DNA of 63,723 nt, filler included, from Choristocarpus tenellus KU-1152 (taxonomy: Eukaryota; Protista; Phaeophyceae), in the NCBI GenBank assembly GCA_964200185.2. It is 16 parts of 16 records of this genome, joined end to end, with 100 filler letters (N's around TTAATTAATTAA, not from the genome) between each part and the next. Parts side by side here need not be neighbours in the genome. Positions count along the whole stretch, not along the records: positions 10,945 to 14,106 come from CAXNAD020021857.1; positions 14,207 to 17,976 come from CAXNAD020018024.1; positions 18,077 to 26,250 come from CAXNAD020005046.1; 13 more parts are not named here. The stretch is one strand, 5' to 3'. The position numbers and the translations under genes were made by a program. The notes under the pieces are model-generated. The model did no database searches. It saw only the letters and a program-made list of their open reading frames with translations, and was not told the origin of the DNA. Shown piece after piece: positions 11,396 to 25,300 of the stretch; positions within the stretch are counted from its first letter, which is position 1, and every line of letters begins with the position of its first letter.

Positions 11396-13890
11396 CTTTG
11401 TCACGATTGTCTGTCTGGGAGGAACCTTATGGCCTTTGCGGTAGCACCACTCTTCCTCTGGTGTCGGATCCCTCAAGATGTATTGAGTTTTGGTTGCCTT
11501 GATTGTCTCCACTAGGGATGAGGTTCCTGGCATGCGCACCCCCGTCCAGTTCCAGTCTCCTGGCAGCAGACTTCACCACAGCCCCGACTCCATCGGACAA
11601 GGACTTGCCGTGTCAGGAGGCAAAGAAGTTGTGTACTACGGGAATTCCCATCCGCGCTAATAACTGAGAAACCCACCACATCTGCCATCTATTCTTGAAC
11701 TGACTCCCGCAGCCATCGGATCAGATGTGGAGGACCTCTAGGGTCTATCCGTATTCCCGGGCTAGAGGTTTTAGGCGGTCTTTCACAAACATCTCCCACC
11801 ATGCACTTAGCGAGAATCAAATCGTCGGTCTCGAGATTATCCGTCCTCAGCTCAGCATATTTTGCCTTGATCACCTGGATAATGTCATCTTTGGTGGCCC
11901 TGCTAGGGGTGGAGATGCCAAGTCTAGAGTAGAGCGCCTTGGCAGCAGTGTACATGGACAGAGATTTATTGCAGCATGGGTGTGTGGTAGGGATGTGAAC
12001 ACGGGGACATGCGCGACTGGTAGGGTTGGCTGCTGTGTCCGTCTTGGACCCGGCGTGAGGGTGGAACCGCACAGGTTCAACATCCAAATCTAATAATTGG
12101 TCGTGTGTTTGCTTAAGGCACACCTTGAACTCCGGGCAAGTCTTTCATTGCAGGTCTGCCTCCACCACCGGGTTGTATGTGTGGACGAACTTGTTTCATG
12201 TGACACAGGTGTTGTGTGAGTCCAACATACAAGGGCATTTCCAGATCGGATTAATTTTACAGTCACATCTGTCACATGTACTGTCGACACAAGAATTTTT
12301 GAAACTGCCCAAGGAACCGAACCGCCAGAGGACGGTTCACTGAGGGGCTCCAGCACGGTCCTCTCGCATCAGATTTGTTTCGATTAATCCAAAAGTGGTT
12401 TAGGTGTCAGTGTAGAGGTCTGAGTATCAGATCGCACGTCACTAGTGAAGTCCGGTTGTAGCTGCCACATATTTAGAGGACGTGGTGAAACGGTTTGAGA
12501 GCGAGTATGTAGTGTGTGTATCTACAGTGGGTTGAATATTTGGTTGCTGCTCCAGCTCATCGTGCTGACACACTGGCCACGTCGTGGGTGTGGTTTCGCA
12601 CAGAAACGTACCAGAAAGCAAGAAAGCCATCATATCAGCAGCACTTTCGAGTGCGGCCTCCACTTTTTCAGAGCCGCATCCTTTGCCTTTGTCGCAGAAT
12701 GCGCATGTGCTGCGCAAGCCCGTTATCCATCGTCACCGACGATCGTCCTTGCATGTACTTTCTTCCAGTTCTCTATTAGGCACTGAACCTGAAGGTCGGT
12801 GGTCGTGTGGTGAATGCCAACGCACGATCTGTATTGTGTGGAAGAGCGGAGGCTGGGAGACGGTGGGTTAGCATCCCCTGTGTGTGGAGACGGATGATGC
12901 GGTGTGCGACTGGGTAGCCTGCGGCAGTTAGGAACCATAGACTTACCCAAACATCACTGTAGCATGTGTCCCAAAAATAGAAAGACCATTTTTCCTCACA
13001 CACCTTGGCGTGGCCTTTGTGATGTAGAGCGGTCTCCTCTTCACGATTGTCGACAGACAGGGTATTGGTCCTGACGTCCCCTCCAGTTCGAATCTCTCCT
13101 TGAATTTGGCATAGACGTCCTCATCTTTACCAATCCATGTCCTGTTGCCACATAGGTTGCACCATGTATATGTAGTGTTATGTTGAAGTTTCGTTGGTCG
13201 ATGATAAGCATGTTATAATGATTCACCCATAGAGTGAATGGGGGCTATGTGCAACGCTTGTAACGATACAACAAGTCACTCGTGTGGAGTACCTCTAAGC
13301 GTGCTGTTGTCACAGTGCATCCAGGCGGCAAACCCTCTTGTTCGTATGCGGGTCCAAGTAGTGCATGCCCTGCGTGGAATCATGAGACGTGATCAGATCG
13401 TGGGACATGGCAGGCTATTGCTCTCCGATACGGTGATGCTAAGAACATGTGTATCAGGATGCTGCACATTGAACTGTCGCAAGGAGCTGTCCCTTCCCAT
13501 GTCGAATACCCTTGGTCTACCATTTTGTCTGAGGTAACGATGGAACATGTGGGGCGGGTGTCAGTTGTTAAAGATGAAATTGTTCTTGGACATACAGGGG
13601 ACGGGTTTGCCCATGGGCGAAGTTGTGTGTATCACACCGCTAATTGTTGATGAGTGTGAACTTACATACCTCTGGGCGGTGCCTTGTGAAGAGCACGGAA
13701 GTGATGAGGGTCGGATACGGGAGACGATCCTCCAGCATCCTTGGCAAGCACTGCGGAGGGACTCATCTGTTGCCACATGTCTCGTATGAATTCCGTGCGT
13801 TTCTTCGCGGATGACCTTAGTGTTTCGACCTTGATGTCGTATTTTCTTGCTGTGGCGGACAGAAGGAGTTGAAACATCGATGTCACCCCA
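11396..13890 (-). pseudogene. Intron-containing Sola-superfamily transposase pseudogene (SDGCxxQFK / HGKxxxDG type)
   Basis: The minus strand reads HI*SDGCGSQFKNRWQMWW (11691-11729), then after a frameshift GIPVVHNFFAS*HGKSLSDGVGAVVKSAARR (~11555-11645). These are the second and third catalytic-Asp signatures of this transposase class. Upstream exons carry NSLPCP, VYAKFKERF..IVKRRPLYITK, SCVGIHH and a Cys-rich CVDSTCDRC. Multiple stops and frameshifts. Confidence 0.8.
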
Positions 13891-14019
13891 TCATCCAGTA
13901 TTCAACATCAGGGGCGATGCTGACGAGGATGAAGTTGTATACCTGGCGGGTGTGCTCGGTGCCAAGATATTTCTTTACACATACTAGGAATGTCTTGACC
14001 TGGAGATCGGTCGTGAACT

Positions 14020-14106
14020 GGCTCAAAGTATCTGGGAAGGGGTGACGGCTGTCCATTTGGGGTCAATTTTTGTATGTCGTGATTTTTGGGTTATTTGGTT
14101 GCATAC
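14020..14106 (+). mobile_element. MITE family B, left part
   Basis: GGCTCAAAGTATCTGGGAAGGGGTGACGGCTGTCCATTTGGGGTCAA; matches copies at 41327, 63682, 49763(-) and 26543(-). Another terminus lies at 14207-14225. Confidence 0.8.
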
Positions 14107-14499
14107 NNNNNNNNNNNNNNNNNNNNNNNNNNNNNNNNNNNNNNNNNNNNTTAATTAATTAANNNNNNNNNNNNNNNNNNNNNNNNNNNNNNNNNNNNNN
14201 NNNNNNCCCCCAGATACTTTGGGTCGAAGGGATGACGGCGCAGAGGCTGAGGGAAGGCCCTGCCCGTAATCCGGGCCTGAACCGGTACAGCGTGTTGGGT
14301 AAAGACCAAGTAGAGCAAGTCGAAGACAGTGCGGAGGCGACGTTCGATATCCAAGCGTGCATGAGTCGCCGGCTTGTCTACGCCAAGAAGATCGTTGATG
14401 AAGCTATGGAGGGGACCTCCACACGACCAAGGTTTGGTGGCTGCGGCAATGCAGACATTAAACATGAAGATGAGTAAGAATGTGTGCAGATGCAAACAA

Positions 14500-17400
14500 C
14501 CCACCTGTCTCTAATCACCCCCACGGTAATCCCTTGATTGTGAAGTATCCTTCACATAAAGACTTACCCCCCATGCGTTTTTGGGACGTGCAGGAACAAG
14601 GTTGTCCCCCCGTAGCCAATTTCGGAAAGTTGCTCATGACTTTCAAAATCGAGTAGGCGCTATTGCTATGGTGAACAAATCGTCCATAGAAGTAAGCCAA
14701 ATTCCCACATACGAACAAATTCTTCGAGATATGTGCATGCGCCTGTTCCGGTATCAAATCCCTAGAGGTACCAGTCCCGCCCAAGCAATGTGTTCGATCG
14801 TTTTATGAAACATTGAATGTAGCCTCTAGGGAGGAAATTGTTGCGGCAAGCCTGAAGGAATTTTCTGTACCAAATCCGCTAGACAGAACGTTTCGCATTT
14901 TGATTGATATTCGGCAGGAACCGAAGGAGGATGTTCGGGCATTTGCAAGACGGGTAATTGAGTCAATCGATTCCTTTGTACGTGAGTTGAGAATCCACCC
15001 ACATGACAGTGGTGACCTCGATCCTGTTGACGTGACCCCCACAGCCCTGATTTCCCTTGTGACGGACAGACTCCGATACTGCGCATTCAACTTTTGGTGT
15101 TTTACCTGCTATTCTAGGAGTTTTGCGATCGAATCCTCAGTGTTACGAGAATTTCGCGGCACTAGTTGATGCAGCGGTTGGCCAAGCATCCGCAATGTTG
15201 AGTTTGGACAGGGGATCGTTCGCTAATGTGGTAACCTCTAGTATATCTGTTGATAACTTGGGGAATTTACACCCAACAGACTTACGACCCTCTGACCTTG
15301 CCCCGTTGTTGACAGTTGCAAAGACCCTTGCAAACGATCTCGAAAGGGCAAACGCCGAGATCCGCCACCTGAAAGCAAAACGACGAACAAATGGCCCTAA
15401 CAAAACATCGCGAAATTTTTCCCAAACCTTCCCCGAGCACACTGATACCCACCCAGTATGTCAATTCGAAGGGTGTAGTGCAAGATCACGGCGGGGACAT
15501 ACGACGAAAAACTGTTGGTACAATCCTGAGGGCAACAATTATCACCCCTCAAGGACAACCCGCGAACGTCCGGCCAGAAGAGACCGCCGAAACCAAGATT
15601 CGACCAAGTCATTTGACCAGTTGGTGTCTGCCATCACAGCACGTTTAACAGTCTTCACAGCAGATGCAGTCCACTTCAAAGGACTCTCAAGACCACCCCG
15701 AACCCGGGGAGAAACGAACTAAGATCGGGCAGAAATAGGGGTGCCTTGCAGAATCTGGTTCCAGGACACTCTGAGGATAAGAGTTCAAGAAGAAACTAGG
15801 GACTTGTTGTGTAGGGCAGCCTCAGATGTAGTAGAGAGAGCAAATAGACCCAACACGGTAAACATTCAAGGTCAGCACACCAAAATTTGCCACAAGCAGG
15901 ACATGTAACAACTACTGCATCTGCTCTTTCTTTTCCCCCACAACCAATTTTGGACGTGGGTGACATGTCTGTTACATTTCAAATGTGTTGTTCCACTTTG
16001 TCATATGTTTAATTTTCCACTACAACCAGGCACTAAACCGGTTGGTAGACCACCGTATCTCGCTGCACCAAAAATACGCGACACATTCGACAATGCGTAA
16101 CTGATATGGAGAATCAGGGTATTATAAAACCCTCATCTAGCCCATGGGCATCACCTGTTACCATTGTTGCCAAACTAGATGGATCACCTCGATTCTGTGT
16201 GGATTTTAGAGGAACCATAAAATAAATACTTGATACGTAATTCATGGCCATTGCCATCCATGGATGAGTGCTTATCCACGTTGGGAGGTTTAAAATATTT
16301 ATCTTGTTTAGATATTCAATCAGCCTACTGGCAACTACCGATCACTGATGAATGCGAACGACAAAAAACTGCCTTCATCACGCCGGATGGGAAATAGGAG
16401 TTTCAGAGGTTACCATTTGGAGTATAAAATGCACCGTGGATCTTCCAACGCTTTATGTCTGAAACCTTTTCCAGTATCGGTCCTAGCTCAGGGTTGTTGA
16501 TATATTTAGACGATATTGTTTTAGCCTCTCCGTCATCGACACGCCATAAACAGTTGATCACTACAGTTTTGTCACTGTTACAAGATGTAGGGGTTACGTT
16601 AAAGCCGTCCAAGGCTCAATTTGGCTCAAAACAAATCCATTATTTGGGACATGATGTTAGCCCACAAGGAATTACTGTATCCCAAGCTCGTATTGAAGCT
16701 ATATTAGAGATGCATCCTCCTCAAACTGTGAAAGGCTTGCAATCGTTTTTAGGTTCAATGAACTTTGTTACGAAGTACATTCCCCACCTAGCAACAGCAA
16801 CAGAACCGTTGGTTGAATTGATTCGCCATACACAAAATGTAAAGTCACACAAAGAGTCCACCTCAGTAAAACGAGCAAAGAAAGACCACAAGGACATTTC
16901 ATCTAGATGGAATCGACCACAACAGACTGCTTTTGACGAATGCAAACGACTGTTATCAACGGCTCCAGTGCTACACTTTCCTGATTTTTCTAAGGAATTA
17001 TTTATTCGTGTAGATGCCAGTAATGTTGGGACAGGGGCGTTTTTAGCACATAAAAATGAAGAAGACAATTTTGATATAATTGCATACCATAGTGCCTCTT
17101 ACTTTCCCCCTCCCAGCGTAAATATTCTGCCACACAAAAAGAGTGCCTTGCAGTTATTTGGGGTAAATATTTCACAATTATCACTGATCATTCAGCCTTA
17201 CGGTGGCTGCATACGATGCAAGATACATCCAGCCTGTTTACTCGATGGGCCTTAGCTTTGCAAAGTTTTGATTTTACCGTCCTTCATAAGCCTGGTAGAT
17301 TACATTACATCTCAGATATGTTGTCACGTCCTCAACTGGAAGAATTTTGTAAACATGAATCTGAACCAGCACCCCTAAGCCCTATATGTCGAAATGTGGG

Positions 17401-17976
17401 TACAAAAACCACTGATGCAAGTTCTCGAGCGCAAGTAAGGTATACCCTGCCTACGAATTGTCTGTGGATCGACTAGGTGAAATCACTAAAGTGGTAAATG
17501 ACTCTGAGCTCTTTGCAAGCTCCATCAATGTGTTCCCTGTAATTGATACGGAAGTTCTAGCCAAGGCCCAACATGAGCAGTATGAAGCTTATTTTCAATA
17601 CCTGGCAGACCCCAACAATACAGCATTATCCAGTAAGGAAACGGTCTACACCATGTCATATTTTTTTCACTCAAGAACGAGAGAATAGACTTTTACCCTA
17701 CCGGTCGTATCAACCTGGTCACCTTCGAAAAAAAGGAGAATTTCGAGATCAGTTAGTAGCCCCAACAGAGGTTCAGGGTTTAATTTTACATGCCCTACAT
17801 GATCATAAAGTTGTCGGCCATCTTGCTTTCAAGCACACCTTTGACCGAGTTCGTGATAGATTTTGGTGGCCAACCTTACATAAAGACGTGAGGGAGTGGT
17901 GTGAATCTTGCCAGTTCTGCTCAGAGGCGTAAGACCTCGCACACTCTAACCCCATTACCAACAGGACACGTGCCTG
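14500..17976 (+). mobile_element. Degenerate Ty3/gypsy LTR retrotransposon internal region (gag, RT, RNase H, integrase N-terminal zinc domain)
   Basis: RT motifs [44 protein letters not shown]; RNase H VDASNVGTGAFL and RWALALQSFDFTVLHKPG; integrase HDHKVVGH..FWWPTLHKDVREWCESCQFC; gag-like ORF 15123-15722 with a Cys/His knuckle. Many stops and frameshifts. Confidence 0.95.
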
Positions 17977-19312
17977 NNNNNNNNNNNNNNNNNNNNNNNN
18001 NNNNNNNNNNNNNNNNNNNNTTAATTAATTAANNNNNNNNNNNNNNNNNNNNNNNNNNNNNNNNNNNNNNNNNNNNCACTGGATGTACAATGTTGGGTGA
18101 GTCACCATGTTGCATGTCTCCCCCCACTGTCAGGATACAAGTTGGAAGGGGTGGAAAGTTTGTTTGTGTGTGAGGGTCAAGATGGCTGTCCCCTTTGTTG
18201 TAGCATCTCCTTTTTTTATTTATTTTGTGCAATAGTACCATCTGGATAGTGTTGGACATTGAGTGTTAAGTATATTCTCATTATATTTTGTTTTATGTTT
18301 TTTTTAGATGAGCACATATGAAAACGTCACATTTGTTTTTATGTCGTCGTAAGGTTCCTTCCAAACCCTAACCCTTTTCTGGATTACCAAGTAGGTGTGC
18401 ATCCATGCAATACGCCACAAGAGCTAACCCTAAACCTAACTCTAACGCCTCTCTATTATATTCACCATGCACACTTTGAAGTGGTTAATTCACTCTGAGT
18501 GTTTCATGTATGTTGTGAAGAAATATATCTTCCTATATAACTCCTATATGCACCCCACAGCAGTGCAATCCAAAGGTGTACCTCTCATTGGTTGATCTTC
18601 ATCACATCCAATGGTACCCTAACCCTAACCCTTTGTCATACCACTGCCAATGTTGCTATTTTCATATGCTGTGCAATTGTTCATGTCTGTAACTGACTTA
18701 GGGTTAGGGTCGTGGGCTGTACAGTACTTATATTTTTACTCCTTTTTCAAAGTTAGGGTTAGGGTTCTAAGGATTTTTTTTCTTTTTTTGGTGCAAATGA
18801 GTTTGTATCCCACCCCCTTCCCCTTCCCTCTTGTCAACACCTCTTGTACAGCTGATTGGTCTTATTCTTTTGCTTCCCTTTTTCTCATGTCCCATCTCCA
18901 ACTTCTGCTCTTCTCTCACCTCCAGAATTGAGGTTTTTCATTATTCTACTCCTACCCTGCTGCATAGAGTAAGATGAATATGCTGTTGGTTTGGTTCCAT
19001 TGAGTAGTGGTCCCCCTTCTTGCCTTAAATTTGGATCTTGAACTTGGATCTTGTCTGCAGATTTGTCATCGGGCAATGCATGTTTAAGAACACCTGACTT
19101 ATTTGTATAGTACTTACCAGTAGCAAATGGTGTTGGAAAGTGGTCCATTTGATTCATTTTGTGTTGAGGCTAGGGTTAGGGAAGTCTCTAATTCAAACAG
19201 GCATTAGTTATTTGCAGGAAAAACAGCCAAATCTCCTTTTTTTTTATTGGTGTCATCTGTGCTATTAGGGTTAGGGCTCAGTCTTTCACTGTCGCTGTTT
19301 CTGTTTCACCAG

Positions 19313-22300
19313 AGGGGGGCACTTTCAAGGAGAAGTACCTGGCCTTCTCCTCCGATAACCCCTGCGGCCAAAGCCCAGACTTTATGGAGGGGCGAATTCA
19401 GCCAGCCAAGAAAAACAAGGAGTATCCCTGCAGGGACGTAAAGTGAGTTCATAAAGTGAGTTCTACGCTAGTATGCAGTAGTACAATAGGGTTAGGGTTA
19501 GGGTTAGGTTTAGTCTCAATTGTAAAGTTGGACATGAGACAGTGATTTGCATTGGGATCAGCGTAGTGAGGGTTAGGGTTAGGGAATGAGTTGGAATCGT
19601 GTTGGTTTGTGAGTCTCTCAGCAAACACTCCTGTCCATGTACTTTAATTTTGATTCTGTGAAGACTGTATTTGGGTCAATAGCACAACTATAGCACAACA
19701 ATGGTTGTACATTTCCCCCCTGGGGCTTGGGTAGAAGTGGTTCAAATGACTCTGCGTAGGGGTAGGGGTAGGGTTAGGGTTAGATTCTGCTTGTTGCTGA
19801 GGCATACTCTGATGTAGGGTTAGGGTTACTTTGCATAGTGTGACCGTGCTTTGTATTCAAAGTTAGGGTTAGGGTTAGGGTTAGGAAGTTGCCTCTTGTA
19901 GGGCTAGGGATGTTCTTGGTGTGTTATTTCTTGTTTGGAAGGATTGAATCGACGACAAAAGGGTTGGGGTTAGATTTTATTAGGGTTAGGGTTAGGGTTT
20001 TGGGAGTTTTTTCGACAGGCATATCATTTCATATCGTACCCTATCATTTAATAGCTGTATTAGTGTTGGCACAAGGTTAGTTTGACAATGAGAATTGTGT
20101 AGGAGTTAGAGGAGGGGAAGGAAGCCTTTTCAATCCCTTTGTATGTGTATGTGTATGTTTATGTATGTATTTGAACTGTCCTTACTGTACTTGCATGTCT
20201 GAGAGATTTATTACAGAAAATGTATCTAAATTAGCCCTAACCCAACCAATACTCCATGCCCTCTTCCCCTCCCGCCCCCTCCTTGTCCTGCTTCCCACAC
20301 ATTAACCCTAACCCTAACCCTAACCTCATCTATGCACACACCTACGCACCTACTATCCCCACCTCTAACACTTGTCACTTTGTCTCTGTGCTTTCTCCAC
20401 TGTATTTATCATTGGTTCACTCTGTGTGTGTATGTATGTATGTATGTGTGTATTATGTGTGTGTGTATGTATGTATGTATGTGTGTATGTATGTATTATG
20501 TGTATGTATGCGTGTATTATGTGTGTATGTATGTATGTATGTGTGTATGTATGTATTATGTGTATGTATGTGTGTATTATGTGTGTATGTATGTATGTAT
20601 TATGTGTATGTATGTGTATATTATGTGTGTATCCAGGGCACCTAATGCGACATCACCGATCATGTTCAAGAGTCACACACCTTTCTTCCCGTCATATGAT
20701 AGACCTAGTCTCATGCCCACAAAGGCATGTATGACACTTCTCATTGTTCGCAACCCCCTTGACAACTACGATGCATGGTTCAGGTGAGAGTCCTGAGGGT
20801 TAGGGTTAGGGTTAGGGCTAATTACAATCCCCGTATTTATACGCATTTGCCCTAACCCTAACCCTCATGTTCCTCCCCTCCCCATCCCTTCTCTACATAG
20901 GTGATGTGATAATAATGATGTGATAATAATGATATGGTGTTTGATATTTGATGTTTGAATCAACACTTACGAAGAGTACTGTAATAGGGTTAGGGGTAGG
21001 GCGGCTGAGTGTTAGGCTAATTACCTGACTTCCTAACCAGCATACAGTAGTAATTGCATTAGCCCTGGTGATTCAAGTAAAGCACACATGCCTCCCTATC
21101 CCCCCACCTGCTCAGTCAGTTGTCAGTTGTCAATCTGTTGGACATGTTGCCGTGTCTAATTCAGGTAATAATTCAGGTAATTCGTGACAGGTACTTCATG
21201 ACAGGCCTTGCTTCTCTTTTTGACTGGACAGTCCACTCAGTTGAAATACTTTTCCTGACCCTAACCCTTATCCCCTTCACTCCTGCCTTCCCTTTACCAT
21301 CAGCATTACCCCCAAGAACCTTACCCTAAACCTTGAGTTGATTTTTCATGTAATAGTTGATTTTTCATATAATAGTATCTATCCGTCTGTGTCTTTGGAT
21401 GCTGCCTGCTCAACCTTCACACCCACACTATCCACCCTAACCCTCTAGACCACCACCGATCCTTATCACTATCACTATCCCTGTATACATCCATCACCCC
21501 AATGTTGAAGATAACTTATCCCTTACCTTGACCCTAACCCTATCCCTGTATATATCCCTATCCCTAACTCATCTACAGTTCTGTAGCCCAAACACTATCC
21601 ATACATATCCCTAACCCTAATGTGACAATATTGCTACATGACCCTAACCTTAACTCATCCCTAACCCTATCCCTACTTCATTCTGCATTAGATACCAGTC
21701 TGACAACCTCAGCCGTCTATTATGGTTAGATTGATATCATGGCAAGTAGAGGCACCATTGGTTGTATGGGGATTACCATGTACCTTGAACAGTTATCTTT
21801 GATGTGCACATACTGTTTGTTGTATCATACAGCGCCTCCTTACAATTCGTATTTTTCATTTTAGCTATTCTTTTCTTCATTTTGGAATATTCTTGATATC
21901 GAGATGGATTTGTTATGGTTGTATTATGCACATACTGATAGCATATCAATTACAGAAACAACAGTTATAATTATCACAATTATCACAATTATGATACGCT
22001 GGATACGTGTACTTTTAGAAGAAAATTATTGCTCAGTTTTGAATGATTGCCATTTGCTGCTCCATGTTTTTCAGATATTCTGGAGGAGGAACAGGCCCTA
22101 ATGGACAGGTTCTTAGAGAGTATCTTCCGGTGTGGGCAGGGCATTTGATGCACTGGGTTGCTAATGCTGGTGATGTACCATTTTTTGCTTTCCGATATGA
22201 GGACCTGCTGCACAACCCTGCTGAAGTATTGAGGTAATAGCAACAAAAGGAGAACGGTCCTATCCCTAACCCTAACCCAAATGTGAAAGAGATAGGGACT

Positions 22301-25300
22301 TAGGGTTAGGGTTAGCGTTTGAAGTGGCTTATTCAATATTTTTTCAACACTCGAAGCAATATATGTAATATTTTGTACATAATATATAGTATAATGTAGT
22401 CTTGTGAATGAGTATATTTGAAGCAAACCTTGTTCTTTATTTTTTCCCTTGATATTATTTTCAATATTGAGAGTGAGAAGGAATGTTCTTGATTTGGGCT
22501 TACAATTTTTTGTTTTTTCATAGCCTTGGGTTAGGGTTAGGATTGCTTTTACACTGCCTGATTGGTTTTGGACATTTGAGTACTAACCCTAAGTACAACA
22601 TTTTGTCTATCGGTATGTATCTATCTGATGTATATATCTGATGTATCTAATGTATCTATCTGATATATATATCTAATGTATCTATCTGATGTATCTATCT
22701 AATGTATCTATCTGATATATCTATCTGATATATCTATCTGATGTATCTATCTGATATATCTATCTAATGTATCTATCTAATGTATCTATCTGATCTATCT
22801 ATCTATCTGATGTATCTATCTAATGTATCTATCTGATATATCTATCTGAGGTATCTATCTGATGTATCTATCTAATGTATCTATCTGATATATCTATCTA
22901 ATGTATCTATCTGATGTATCTATCTGGTGCTATACGTTACTGTAAGATGTTTTGACAGTTCAAACGTAGTTGACAGTTCAAAGGGTTAGGGTTAGGGTTA
23001 GGGGTTTTGTGACTAGCCTCGGTAAGGAGGGTTAGGGTTAGGGTTAGACTAGACAGTGGTAATTTGGACAGTAGGTAAGTTTTGAAAATATTTGAACATA
23101 CATGAGAACAGAAATTTAATGTTATTGTTGTAGTTAGGGTTAGGGTTGTAGTTCTCATTTGAAGTTACGGTATGTTCCAGTCTAGGGTTAGGGTTAGTTC
23201 TGTTTTGACAGTTAGAGTTGTGGTTTATTTGATTTCCTCCATAGTTAAGAGTGATGGCAGCATGACCCTTTCATGGTTGTTCAAAGCAATGTATCCTTGA
23301 GCCATTCTTGTGTACAGGAGAGGGCTATCAACCTGTTAACTATTTTAGTAATTTTATTGATGTCAATCAACATGTTAACTATTTTAGTAATTTTATTAAT
23401 GACAATCAACATGTTAACTATTTTAGTAATTTTATTAATGTCAATCAACCTGTTAACTATTTTAGTAATTTTATTAATGTCAATCAACCTGTTAACTATT
23501 TTAGTAAGTTTATTGTCAATCAACATGTTAACTATTTTAGTAATTTTATTGATGTCAATCAACATGTTAACTATTTTAGTAATTTTATTAATGACAATCA
23601 ACATGTTAACTATTTTAGTAATTTTATTAATGTCAATCAACATGTTAACTATTTTAGTAATTTTATTGATGTCAATCAACATGTTAACTATTTTTATAAT
23701 GAAAAAAATATTCCTCGGTGGGCTGCCCTAACCCTAACCCTAACCCAAATGATAGACAAGTAATGGGACAATTCACAGTAAGAAATTAGAGATTGATGGG
23801 CTGATATAATGCTATATGCATACCTAGAATGGTATAATGAAATCCGTATGTATAGTCATACCATACCACCAACTAAATCAAAACCCTATTTAGAACACTA
23901 GAGCCAATCCCACTATCTATGCTCATTGTTACTACAGTAAGCATATTTGTTAGTTTTTTGAATGACATGTTTTGTACTCCAAAGTGTAAATTAGTAGAAT
24001 TATGTTGTACTATTGTAGTTCCCGATATATTTTTTTGTATATTTTTTGGTCAGTGTACTGCTTAGGGTTAGGGTTACAGTAAGTGCACTGAATTGTGGCA
24101 TGGTTATGGTAATTGTGGTTAGGGTTAGGGTTAGGGTACAGTCACGGTAACGAAGACTTTGATAGTGTGTACTTTTTGATGGAATACTATCTAGACAGTG
24201 GGGTACAGTAGGGTAAATAGCACTCACAGGTACTGTTAAGGCATTACAATTATAGTGCACAGTTTTTTACAATCTCCTCAGTTGCCAATGGTCAGTTGTA
24301 TATTTCCAATGGTAGGGCTCTGGTATTGGCCAAACATAGACATTTTCCTCAACCATATCTGTAAATGTAACTGTAATAAAGAAACAACCACAATTGCTAC
24401 CAGTCACTACATCACCAATCTATTAGTATGTAGGAATATTGTGATAAGTGTGTGACAATGCTGACTGTGCTGCATTGACCATAGGTGCTAATCACTACGA
24501 GATGATCGTACCTCAAAGAATTTTCCTCGAGAACCATTTTGTCAAATGGTCTGGCTACAGACCACAAAAAATGCACTATTGTAATATTCATATATGGTAG
24601 TACAATGGTAGTCTAATGGCATCACACCCCCATCAATAAATCTCTGACCCATTCATCAGTACACCATACCCTAACCCTAACCCTTGTATTACCATACCAA
24701 TCCCTCTCCTCACACCACACTTTGCAGTCCCAACTTAGCCTAACCCTAAACCTAGTCATTGTTATCCACCCTGCCACTGTTGCAGGAGGGCTCTCCAGTC
24801 CCTTCCAGGGAATTGGCAGTGGTCAGAGGAGTCCATCGCTCGTGCAGTGAGGTGAGTGATCTATTTAGGGTTAGGGTTAGGGTTAGGACTGTTCTTTATC
24901 GGCAAGAAGAAGAGTTCCTTTTTTGCCAGATGGCAACATGCAATATTGCATTTTTTTTAATGCCAACACATGTCTAACCCTAACCCTAAGATGCTGCCAC
25001 TTTTTGTATTTTGTATTTTGTATTTTGTTGATAAGATTAGCCTCTACTGTCGGAGTGGTTGCCAACATAATGGTCGGTCTAGGTTATGTAACAAGCATAA
25101 TAAACAATACAATACATTTTCTTATACGAAACCATAAGTATCCTTCCTCCTGCCCTCACTCCACTTAAGTTTGTTTTTGTTGGGCATAGTTACATCATTC
25201 ACTTGCTTTTTGAGAACGTTTTTGTTGTCAAGAGTGGAAAGAAGCTGTTTTGTGGGTTAGGGATGTGCTTATCCTTTTTTTCCATACAGGATAATGAATG

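Noticed and set aside
11613-11723. TGA at an expected Trp position, suggesting an alternative genetic code
   Set aside because: The same element has frameshifts and other stops, and host exons use TGG for Trp. This is ordinary decay.
14151-14504. GC-rich ORFs on both strands before the gypsy element
   Set aside because: They are short and truncated with no recognisable motif, so neither strand nor product can be assigned.
23273-23763. Repetitive ORFs of 130-150 aa (also 20256-20787 and 31906-32238)
   Set aside because: They are by-products of tandem repeats or microsatellites; only 20637-20783 is a real exon.
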